Source: Patescibacteria group bacterium (lineage in GTDB: Bacteria > Patescibacteriota > Minisyncoccia > Minisyncoccales > Staskawiczbacteraceae). From it: a DNA stretch of 59,755 nt. The notes under the pieces are model-generated. The model worked only from the letters and a program-made list of their open reading frames with translations. It did no database searches and was not told where the DNA came from. Shown in pieces: positions 1 to 7,579 of this stretch; within the stretch, counting starts at the first letter, position 1; each line of letters begins with the position of its first letter. Made by a program: the position numbers and the translations under genes. Where the stretch lies: contig JBBTQJ010000031.1 in NCBI GenBank assembly GCA_038065755.1, positions 1 through 59,755 on the forward strand, read 5' to 3'.

Positions 1-155
1 ACCTGTTGCGTAATAAGATTATAAGCGAAATGAAGCAATTTTGAGCGAAAATTTGGAAAAACGAGGAGGTTTATACAGAGTATAAGCCGACGAGTTTTTA
101 CAAATTTGCAGCCAAAATTGCAAATTGCAGCATAAATCCTTATTATGCAACAGGT
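1..155. repeat. 17-bp terminal inverted repeats (1-17 ACCTGTTGCGTAATAAG / 139-155 CTTATTATGCAACAGGT) enclosing ~120 nt of non-coding DNA at the window edge
   Basis: The arms are reverse complements with one G-T position (10/146). The interior has no ORF and contains repeated GCGAAA and ATTGCA(A/G) words. The left arm starts at base 1, so it may extend beyond the window. Confidence 0.5.
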
Positions 156-162
156 TTAATAA

Positions 163-885
163 ATGAAAGGGATAATATTGCAACCAACTTATTTGCCCTG
201 GCTTGGATATTTTGAAATGATAAATTCATCTGACATTTTTATTATTTTTGACCACGTGCAATTTGAAAGAAAATCCTGGCAAAACAGAAATAAAATAAAA
301 ACAGCTAGCGGCCAAGCTTATTTAACTGTTCCTATTCAGAAGTCGCCGCAAGATACCCCGATTTATAAAATTAAAATATCATATCAGCAAGATCGGCAAG
401 GAAATCCCTTAGAAAAACACTGGAAAACAATATCTTTAGCTTATAAAAAATCTCCTTCTTTTGATAAATATAAGCAGTTTTTTGAAAAAATTTATTATAA
501 AAAATATATTTTATTAAGAGACCTCAATGTAGATTTGATTAAATTGATTTGTGATATTTTAGGCATTAAAACAAGGATTGTTCTTTCTTCAGAGCTTAAT
601 TTAAAAGACGATAATATGGGAAAAACAGAAAAAGTGATTAATTTGTGTAAAAAACAAGGCATTGATATTTTATACGACGCCAAGGGGGCGGAAGAATTTT
701 TAGACAAAAATTTATTTGAAAAAGAAAACATTAAAATAATTTTTCAGAATTTTCAATGTAAAGAATATCCTCAATTATGGGGAAAATTTATTCCTTATCT
801 GTCAACAATAGATTTAATTTTTAATCAAGGAGAAAAATCATTATCAATAATTAAAAGCGGAACAGAGGCTAATCCTCAATGCTAA
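163..885 (+). CDS. WbqC-family protein (function unknown, typical of O-antigen/NDP-sugar clusters)
   Basis: 240-aa ORF. The N-terminus GIILQPTYLPWLGYFEMI matches the WbqC signature as I remember it. It lies 7 nt upstream of rfbF. Confidence 0.65.
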   Translation: MKGIILQPTYLPWLGYFEMINSSDIFIIFDHVQFERKSWQNRNKIKTASGQAYLTVPIQKSPQDTPIYKIKISYQQDRQGNPLEKHWKTISLAYKKSPSFDKYKQFFEKIYYKKYILLRDLNVDLIKLICDILGIKTRIVLSSELNLKDDNMGKTEKVINLCKKQGIDILYDAKGAEEFLDKNLFEKENIKIIFQNFQCKEYPQLWGKFIPYLSTIDLIFNQGEKSLSIIKSGTEANPQC

Positions 886-892
886 AAAAATT

Positions 893-1675
893 ATGCAAAA
901 CATTAAAACGATCATACTTTGCGGGGGAATGGGCACGCGGCTTAGAGAAGAAACAGAGTTTAAGCCAAAACCCTTGGTAGAGGTGGGCGGAAAGCCTATT
1001 TTGTGGCACATTATGAAAATTTACAGCCACTATGGGTTTAATGATTTTGTGCTGGCTTTGGGGTATAAGGGCAACCAGATAAAAGACTATTTTTTAAAAC
1101 AAAAATATTATACCCACGATTTTTTATTAAAGCCAAACGAGGGCAAAATCACTAATTTTTTTGAAAATAGCGGCCCCCAGGACGATTTTAATATAATATT
1201 TTCTGAAACAGGACTGGAAACTCCTCACGGAGAAAGGATTTTAAGAACGAAAAAACACATTCAAGACGATATTTTTATGGTAACTTATGGGGATGGCGTG
1301 GCAGATATTGATATTAAAAAAATAGTGGAATTTCACAGGGCCCATGGAAAAACAGGAACCATTACCGGGGTCCACCCCATATCAAGATGGGGATTTGTCA
1401 ATGTTGACCAAAACAATATGATTACGAATTTTGCTCAAAAACCCCAGCTTTACGATTATGTTAACGGCGGATTTATGGTGTTTAATAAAGAGTTTTTTAA
1501 TTATTTAAAAGAGGGCGATATGATAGAAGACGGCCTGGAAAGATTGATACAGCAAAAGCAACTGGCGCTTTATAAACACGAAAATTTTTGGTACGGAATG
1601 GATACTTACAGAGATTTTATGATTTTAAATGATCTTTGGGAAAAAGACCCAAAGTGGAAGATATGGCAAAACTAA
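893..1675 (+). CDS. rfbF: glucose-1-phosphate cytidylyltransferase
   Basis: 260 aa. It has the nucleotidyltransferase loop ILCGGMGTRLREETE, KPLVEVGGKPILWHIMKIY, and a C-terminal FWYGMDTYRD, which together are an RfbF/DdhA-like pattern. Confidence 0.9.
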   Translation: MQNIKTIILCGGMGTRLREETEFKPKPLVEVGGKPILWHIMKIYSHYGFNDFVLALGYKGNQIKDYFLKQKYYTHDFLLKPNEGKITNFFENSGPQDDFNIIFSETGLETPHGERILRTKKHIQDDIFMVTYGDGVADIDIKKIVEFHRAHGKTGTITGVHPISRWGFVNVDQNNMITNFAQKPQLYDYVNGGFMVFNKEFFNYLKEGDMIEDGLERLIQQKQLALYKHENFWYGMDTYRDFMILNDLWEKDPKWKIWQN

Positions 1676-1685
1676 TTTTAGCTAG

Positions 1686-1729
1686 CACGATTTTCTACGA
1701 TCGTAGAAAATTGTGATAGCTCGTTTTTT
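1686..1729 (+). repeat. copy A of a 44-nt palindromic intergenic element (30-nt palindrome + AGCTCG + T-run)
   Basis: CACGATTTTCTACGATCGTAGAAAATTGTGATAGCTCGTTTTTT lies directly after the rfbF stop. It is near-identical to 16077-16120. Confidence 0.85.
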
Positions 1730-1730
1730 T

Positions 1731-2681
1731 ATGATTAGTTTTAAAAATAAGAAAATTTTAATCACCGGCGGAGCGGGATTTATTGGCAGTCATTTGGCAA
1801 ATGAATTGATAAAACAGGGCAATAAAGTTGTTATAATTGACAACCTGTCTTCTGGCAGAAAAGAAGATATAAACAGAAAAGCCAAGTTTTATAAAACAGA
1901 TGTGAGGGATAAGAAAATTTATGAAATTTTTAAAAAAGAAAAACCAAAAATTGTTTTTCATTTGGCTGCCCAGCCACTTGTTGAAGATTGCTATAATAAT
2001 CCGTTTTCGGCAATAGAAACAAATGTGATGGGTACGGTGAATGTTTTGGAAACTTGCAGGAAATTAAGAAACACAGAATCAATCGTTGTGGTTTCTTCTG
2101 ATAAGGCTTATGGCAAGGCAGAAAAATTACCGTATAAAGAAGACTCTCCCCTAAGAGGAGACCATCCTTATGACGTCTCAAAATCAGCGGCTGACCTGAT
2201 AGCCAAGACATATTTTACGACTTACGGTCTGCCGGTTGTTATTACAAGATTCAGCAATGTTTTTGGACCGGGCGACCTTAATTTTTCCAGAATAATTCCC
2301 GGAGCCATAGAGTCAATTATAAAAAATAAAGAATTTTTAATAAGAAGCGACGGCAAAATGATAAGAGAATATACTTATATAAAAGACATAGTTGCAGGCT
2401 GTATAAAATTGGCTCAAAACACAAGCAAAGTAAAAGGCGAGGCGTTTAATTTTGGCTCAAAAAATATATTTTCAGTTATTGAAACAGCAGAAAAAATACA
2501 AGAAGCGTTGGGAATAAAAATTAATTACAAAATATTAAACATTGCCAAAAACGAAATACCAAACCAATATCTTGACTGGACAAAAGCAAATAAAATTTTA
2601 AACTGGCAGCCAGAAACAAATTTTGAACAAGGAATTAAGGAAACATATAACTGGTTTAAAATTAACAAGCTCATTTCATAA
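1731..2681 (+). CDS. extended SDR, putative CDP-glucose 4,6-dehydratase
   Basis: I prefer the ATG at 1731 (MISFKNKKILITGGAGFIGSH) over the track GTG at 1713, which lies inside the palindromic element. Motifs are GxxGxxG, SSDKAYG and YDVSK (YxxxK). The D-K pair resembles CDP-glucose 4,6-dehydratases rather than the D-E pair of dTDP-glucose dehydratases (from memory). Confidence 0.6.
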   Translation: MISFKNKKILITGGAGFIGSHLANELIKQGNKVVIIDNLSSGRKEDINRKAKFYKTDVRDKKIYEIFKKEKPKIVFHLAAQPLVEDCYNNPFSAIETNVMGTVNVLETCRKLRNTESIVVVSSDKAYGKAEKLPYKEDSPLRGDHPYDVSKSAADLIAKTYFTTYGLPVVITRFSNVFGPGDLNFSRIIPGAIESIIKNKEFLIRSDGKMIREYTYIKDIVAGCIKLAQNTSKVKGEAFNFGSKNIFSVIETAEKIQEALGIKINYKILNIAKNEIPNQYLDWTKANKILNWQPETNFEQGIKETYNWFKINKLIS

Positions 2682-2686
2682 AAAAT

Positions 2687-3436
2687 ATGAAAATTAAATT
2701 TTTAGGAACAAACGGTTGGTTTGACACCAAAACAGGAAATACTATTTGTACCCTTATCGAAACGAAAGATTATTTTATTGTCCTTGATGCTGGCAATGGT
2801 TTTTATAAATTAGACGAATACATTAAAGACGAAAGGCCAATTTATCTTTTTTTGAGTCATTTTCATCTTGATCATATTGTCGGGTTGCACTGTAAAAATA
2901 AATTTAATTTTAAGCAAGGGGTTTCTGTTTATGGGCAAAATGGTGTAAAAGACATTCTTAATAAAATAATCTGCCAGCCTTTCACGGTTCCCTTTAAGCA
3001 CGAATACATGTCTTTTAATATGGAAGTTTATGATTTATCCGAACAAAAAAATAACCCGCCGTTTTTGGCAGATTCAAAATCCCTGTCTCATTGGTCGCCA
3101 TGCATAGGTTTTAGGTTTAAGCTTGAAGATAAGATAGTCAGTTACTGCATTGATACTGCTCCCTGTGAAAATCTGATAAAATTGGCAGAAGACGCTGATT
3201 TGCTTATAACAGAATGTTCATTTAAGATTAACGAATATTATACCCCGCAAATCCATTTGAATCCCGGTCTTGCCGCCGAAACAGCAAAAAAAACGAAAGT
3301 AAAAAATTTAGCCTTGACACACTTTGACGCTTATAGATACAAAACATTGGAACAAAGGAAAGAAGCAGAGGAATTCGCAAAAAACATATTCAAAAACACC
3401 TTTATTGCGATAGACGATATGGAAATTGAAATTTGA
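2687..3436 (+). CDS. MBL-fold metallo-hydrolase
   Basis: 249 aa with the HxHxDH motif (SHFHLDHIVG) and a C-terminal LTHFD. Confidence 0.8.
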   Translation: MKIKFLGTNGWFDTKTGNTICTLIETKDYFIVLDAGNGFYKLDEYIKDERPIYLFLSHFHLDHIVGLHCKNKFNFKQGVSVYGQNGVKDILNKIICQPFTVPFKHEYMSFNMEVYDLSEQKNNPPFLADSKSLSHWSPCIGFRFKLEDKIVSYCIDTAPCENLIKLAEDADLLITECSFKINEYYTPQIHLNPGLAAETAKKTKVKNLALTHFDAYRYKTLEQRKEAEEFAKNIFKNTFIAIDDMEIEI

Positions 3437-3445
3437 AAATTTCAT

Positions 3446-3496
3446 AAAAAAAGCGCATGAATTGTTTTCACGCGCATGCGCAGTGTATTGTTTTTT
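3446..3496. terminator. hairpin between convergent genes, best read as the intrinsic terminator of the minus-strand Nudix gene (possibly bidirectional)
   Basis: The stem is GCGCATG (3453-3459) / CATGCGC (3475-3481). An A7 run on the left becomes a U-run immediately after the stem on the minus strand. A T6 run lies 9 nt to the right on the plus strand. Confidence 0.55.
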
Positions 3497-3516
3497 CCGC
3501 GTTGGCGGAATATAGA

Positions 3517-4062
3517 TTAGATATTGGGGTTGTCGGCTAAAAACGCGCCGAGAGCACAGGGAATAATCCTTTCGCGATGGCATTTTACGGTTTTTTCCGG
3601 CAAATTATTCACCGGGAACCACTTGCCCCGCAGTCCTTCTTTTTCTTCAAACACGCAGAGGTATACGACAGAGAGAAACGTCCCCCTGACCTCTGGTTCT
3701 AATTTTGAAGGGTTGATATTGGCAACAAATCTAGTTGAAACAAGATTTGCGCCGAATTCTTTTTCAGATAATCTTCTTAGAACATCTTCAAAACTTTCTC
3801 CCGGCCGCATTATAGAACCGGGGCAGTGCCACTCGCCAGGATAGGCGGTGTCGTCAGGCGAACGTTGAACAAGATAAACTTGAATTTCCATAAGGGTTGT
3901 TGCGTCAATTTCCGGAAGATATCGTTGCAGACGGAGACAAACTGCCTCCACTGCTACGGAAACCGTGAGTTTGGCAAGAGCATTAAAAAACTCTGTGCCG
4001 TAAGGTTGTAAAGGATCAATTTTTTTTAAACCATCAATCAATTCGGGCGTGCCTTGGGCCAT
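3517..4062 (-). CDS. Nudix-fold protein with degenerate NudD/GDP-mannose-mannosyl-hydrolase-like box
   Basis: 181 aa. WHCPGSIMRPGESFEDVLRRLSEKEFG is co-linear with WHLPGGIIRFKEKMETRLKKVSEKEIG of the ORF at 11744. It is the only minus-strand gene in the first 48 kb. Two 60-nt lines I counted inside it are 48-50% GC, which is visibly richer than the flanks. Confidence 0.6.
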   Translation of the reverse strand: MAQGTPELIDGLKKIDPLQPYGTEFFNALAKLTVSVAVEAVCLRLQRYLPEIDATTLMEIQVYLVQRSPDDTAYPGEWHCPGSIMRPGESFEDVLRRLSEKEFGANLVSTRFVANINPSKLEPEVRGTFLSVVYLCVFEEKEGLRGKWFPVNNLPEKTVKCHRERIIPCALGAFLADNPNI

Positions 4063-4172
4063 TTATGGTCTCCTTGTGAGATATTGAAATGTCAAACAAC
4101 TATTTAAGATTATATATTATAAATAAAAAATGTCAATAGTATTAAAATTTTTGTTATTAATTTAAAAAATAT

Positions 4173-5684
4173 ATGAAAAATATAAATCAAAGGCCATTGT
4201 TTATTTTTGAAATGGCAAATAATCATCAAGGGAATATTGAACATGGTTTAAGAATTATTAGGGAAATTTACGAAGTCAGTAAAGAATTTCCCTATAACTT
4301 TGCTTTTAAACTGCAAGCCAGAGATATTCCCACATTTATTCACCCTGATTTTCAAAACAGGACCGACTTAAAATATGTAAAAAGGTTTTTAGAAACAAAA
4401 TTAACAGAAGAGCAGTTTAAAATTTTAAAAGACGAAATAGATAAACTGGGTTTTATTTCAATTTGTACCCCTTTTGACGAAAAATCGGTTGACCTGATAG
4501 AACGACTCAATTTTGACATTATTAAAATAGCCAGCTGCTCTTTCACTGATTGGCCGCTGTTGGAAAGAATAGTAAAAACAGAAAAACCCATCATTGCCTC
4601 TACTTCAGGCGTTCCGTTAGAAGGCATAGACAGGGTGGTAAGTTTTTTAAGCCACAGAGAAAAGAAATTTACCTTAATGCATTGCGTTGGCGAATATCCG
4701 ACATTGCTAAAAAGCTTACAGCTAAACCAGATTGATTTATTAAAAAAACGCTACCCCGAAGTGGAAATAGGTTATTCCACCCACGAAGCGCCCGACAACT
4801 TTGATTCAATAAAAATGGCAATTGCAAAAGGTGTAACGGTTTTTGAAAAGCATGTCGGCGTAAAAGCGCCAGAAATTGAGCTTAATGCTTATTCGGCCGC
4901 GCCAGAACAAGTAAAAAATTGGCTGGCTTCAGCCAAAAACGCTTTTGAAAGCTGCGGGGTTTCAGGAAAAAGAGCTGAATTTTCAGAAAAAGAAATGGCC
5001 GATTTAAAGCAGTTTAGAAGAGGAGTTTTTGCAAAACAAATAATACAATCAGGCCAGAAAATTGATTCGGTTAATGTGTTCTTTGCCTGGCCAAGCCAGG
5101 AAAACCAGTTGCTGGCAAACAATATGTCAAAGTATGCCGACTATGCAAGCCAAAAGGACATAAATGAAAAAGAACCAATAATGATTTCTGATATAAAGCA
5201 GTCAAATAAAAGAGAAAAAGTTTATAAAATTGTGGCCCAAACAAGAAAATTATTGGAAGAGGCCAAAATAGCCCTTCCCGATAAACTGGAAATTGAAATT
5301 TCCCATCATTACGGAATAGATGATTTTTATAATCACGGAGCAGTTATTATCACCTGCGTTAACAGGGAATATTGCAAAAAGTTGATTGTTTTATTTCCCG
5401 GCCAAAGCCACCCCTCCCATCTTCACAAGCAAAAAGAAGAAACATTCCAGATTTTATACGGAGACCTTGCAATAAGCCTTGACGGCCAGGAAAAAGAATA
5501 CAAGCCCGGAGAAGTTATTTTGGTCCAGAGGGGAGTGAAGCACGATTTTAAAACAAAAACCGGCGCGATTCTTGAAGAAGTGTCAACTACACATTTTAAG
5601 AGTGATTCTTTTTACGAGGATGAAAAAATAACGGAAAACAAAGACAGAAAAACAAAATTAACCCACTGGCTTAACATAGACTAA
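4173..5684 (+). CDS. NeuB-family (PEP-dependent ulosonic-acid synthase-like) protein fused to SAF and C-terminal cupin domains
   Basis: 503 aa. The NeuB-like N-terminus is PLFIFEMANNHQGNIEHG. A SAF-like segment (RRGVFAKQIIQSGQKI) follows, and then a cupin motif (HPSHLHKQKEETFQILYGD...GEVILVQRGVKHDF). Confidence 0.7.
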   Translation: MKNINQRPLFIFEMANNHQGNIEHGLRIIREIYEVSKEFPYNFAFKLQARDIPTFIHPDFQNRTDLKYVKRFLETKLTEEQFKILKDEIDKLGFISICTPFDEKSVDLIERLNFDIIKIASCSFTDWPLLERIVKTEKPIIASTSGVPLEGIDRVVSFLSHREKKFTLMHCVGEYPTLLKSLQLNQIDLLKKRYPEVEIGYSTHEAPDNFDSIKMAIAKGVTVFEKHVGVKAPEIELNAYSAAPEQVKNWLASAKNAFESCGVSGKRAEFSEKEMADLKQFRRGVFAKQIIQSGQKIDSVNVFFAWPSQENQLLANNMSKYADYASQKDINEKEPIMISDIKQSNKREKVYKIVAQTRKLLEEAKIALPDKLEIEISHHYGIDDFYNHGAVIITCVNREYCKKLIVLFPGQSHPSHLHKQKEETFQILYGDLAISLDGQEKEYKPGEVILVQRGVKHDFKTKTGAILEEVSTTHFKSDSFYEDEKITENKDRKTKLTHWLNID

Positions 5685-5697
5685 ATTTTTTATTTTT

Positions 5698-6576
5698 ATG
5701 CAAAAAAAGATTTTAATAACCGGGGGAGACGGTTTTATAGCCAGAAATATTTTTGAGCAGCTGAATAAGGATTATAATATTATTTTCATTGATATTAAAG
5801 AGATCGATCTTTTAGATTTCTTGAAAGTTTTTAATTATTTGAAAGGCAGTAAGTTTGACGCAATAATACACGCGGCAAACTATGACGCTTCAACAAAATT
5901 TACAATAAATGACCCGGCAAAAGTTTTAGAAAACAATTTAAAAATGTTTTTTAACATTACAAGGTGTAAAGATTATTTTGGCAAAATGATTTACTTTGGC
6001 TCCGGAGCCGAATTTGGCCGTGAAAATTGGAGGCCCAAAATGAAAGAAACAGATTTTGATAAAAATGTTCCCCAAGACCAGTATGGTTTTTCAAAATATA
6101 TAATGACAAAATATGCCCAGGCAAATGAGGGCGTGCGCAATTTAAGGCTTTTTGGAGTTTTTGGCAAATACGAAGATTTCAGATATCGTTTTATTTCAAA
6201 TACCTGTTGCCGGGCGGTTATAAACATGCCTATTATTATCAATCAAAATACGCATTTTGATTATTTGCATATTGACGACTTGGCAAGGGTTGTTAAATGG
6301 TTTATTGATAACGAACCAAAAAACAAAGTTTATAATGTCTGCCCGGGACAAGTTTATGATTTAAAAACCATAGCAGAAAAAATTATTAAAATATCGGGTA
6401 AAGATTTAAATATAGAAATTAAAGAAAAAAAGCTTGGAAGAGAATACAGCGGAGACAATGCATTGTTAACGAATGAGCTGACCTGGTTTAAATTTAGTTC
6501 TACAAATGATAAAATCAGAGAATTGTATAATTGGTACGATTTAAATAAGGGTTTAATTAAAAAAGAAGAATTATGA
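5698..6576 (+). CDS. NAD(P)-dependent sugar epimerase/reductase (SDR)
   Basis: 292 aa with ILITGGDGFIARN and YGFSK (YxxxK). Confidence 0.7.
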   Translation: MQKKILITGGDGFIARNIFEQLNKDYNIIFIDIKEIDLLDFLKVFNYLKGSKFDAIIHAANYDASTKFTINDPAKVLENNLKMFFNITRCKDYFGKMIYFGSGAEFGRENWRPKMKETDFDKNVPQDQYGFSKYIMTKYAQANEGVRNLRLFGVFGKYEDFRYRFISNTCCRAVINMPIIINQNTHFDYLHIDDLARVVKWFIDNEPKNKVYNVCPGQVYDLKTIAEKIIKISGKDLNIEIKEKKLGREYSGDNALLTNELTWFKFSSTNDKIRELYNWYDLNKGLIKKEEL

Positions 6577-7574
6577 AGAAAACAAAAGCAAAATTAATAT
6601 CCCAGGTATCTCAGGAAAGACTAGAACTGGGCAAACACATTCCTTTTTTAACTCCGCTTGTAGTTTATGTAGAGCCGTCGGGATACTGTAATTTAAAATG
6701 CAGGTTTTGCATTCAAAAAACAAATGGAAAAATGTTAAAAAAAGACTTAATGTCAAAAGCTCTTTTTCTAAAAATGATTGACGACATAGCCGAGTTTCCT
6801 GAAAAAATAAAACTTTTGCGTGTTTGCGGAAATGGAGATCCATTAATAAACAGGGATATTATAAAAATGCTACAATACGCAAAAAAGAAAAAGGTTGCAG
6901 AAAAAATAGAACTGATTACCAATGGCATCATGCTTAATGAAAATTTAATTGAAAATTTGCCGAAATTTTTAAACAGATTGGTTATTTCCATAGAAGGGCT
7001 GTCTTCAGAAGATTATTGGCAGACCTCTATGGCAAAAATAAATTTTGATAATTTATTAAACAACATCAGCAGCTTAAATTTAAAAAAAGGCAAATGCGCT
7101 CTTCATATTAAAATTCACAACAAAGCGGTTTTTTCTGAAAATAAAAAGAAAAAATTTTTAGAGATATTTGACGACAAATGCGACCAAATTTACATTGAAA
7201 ATTTGGTTCCTATGTGGCCCCAACTTGATACAGATTATTTTGTTGACGAATTCAGGTGGGGAGGAGGAAAGGTTATAAAAAGGCAGGTTTGCGCGCAGAT
7301 ATTTAAAGGCGTACAGGTTCAGGCGGACGGAGATGTCGTTCCTTGCTGTGTTGACTGGAAAAGAATAAATATATTGGGAAACATTAATAAAAACTCTCTT
7401 TCTGAAATTTGGAAAGGTGAAAAGTTGAAAGAATTACAGATTAAACACTTGACGGGCAATAAAGGTAAAGTTGAACCATGCAAAGATTGTACTATGAACG
7501 ATTATTGTGAATTTGACAACATTGACCAATATACAGAAGAATGCATAAAACGTTTATGCGGTAAAATGTTATAA
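6573..7574 (+). CDS. radical SAM protein with SPASM/twitch-like C-terminal Cys cluster
   Basis: 333 aa with CNLKCRFC (CX3CX2C). The C-terminus has DGDVVPCC and CKDCTMNDYC. It is a paralogue of the ORF at 13362 and has an ATGA overlap with the upstream gene. Confidence 0.85.
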   Translation: MKKTKAKLISQVSQERLELGKHIPFLTPLVVYVEPSGYCNLKCRFCIQKTNGKMLKKDLMSKALFLKMIDDIAEFPEKIKLLRVCGNGDPLINRDIIKMLQYAKKKKVAEKIELITNGIMLNENLIENLPKFLNRLVISIEGLSSEDYWQTSMAKINFDNLLNNISSLNLKKGKCALHIKIHNKAVFSENKKKKFLEIFDDKCDQIYIENLVPMWPQLDTDYFVDEFRWGGGKVIKRQVCAQIFKGVQVQADGDVVPCCVDWKRINILGNINKNSLSEIWKGEKLKELQIKHLTGNKGKVEPCKDCTMNDYCEFDNIDQYTEECIKRLCGKML

Positions 7575-7579
7575 AAAAT

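Noticed and set aside
1-162. The leader region as an integron attC site, tRNA or known riboswitch.
   Set aside because: The arm ends (GTTGCGT / ATGCAAC) do not fit the GTTRRRY/RYYYAAC cores. There is no cloverleaf or anticodon arm, and I recognise no riboswitch consensus. I kept it only as an unexplained inverted-repeat unit.
495-731. Short ORFs on the opposite strand nested inside long CDSs. Examples are 495-731, 1758-1961, 1930-2211, 2810-3001, 4352-4627, 6713-6991, 7723-8070, 25840-26202, 38082-38429, 39826-40236, 40564-40953, 44260-44694 and 46383-46748.
   Set aside because: All lie antisense to ORFs with clear family motifs. Their products are low-complexity, Lys/Phe/Ile/Ser-rich and have no motifs. 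Such shadow ORFs are expected in AT-rich DNA, which is poor in antisense stop codons.
1686-1715. The 30-nt palindromes (also 16077-16106) as ordinary rho-independent terminators.
   Set aside because: The T-run is separated from the stem by a conserved 8-nt spacer ((T/C)AGCTCG plus the preceding A). The two copies are far more similar than independent terminators need to be. I report them as a repeated element of unknown role instead.
1713-1730. GTG start at 1713 for the SDR gene, as in the ORF track.
   Set aside because: It would begin translation inside the conserved palindromic element. The ATG at 1731 gives the usual short lead-in before GxxGxxG.
3524-4011. Plus-strand ORFs 3524-3844 and 3826-4011, which would restore uniform strand direction across the Nudix locus.
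   Set aside because: Their translations have no recognisable motifs. The minus-strand reading gives a full-length Nudix-like protein co-linear with the paralogue at 11744 and has its own terminator.
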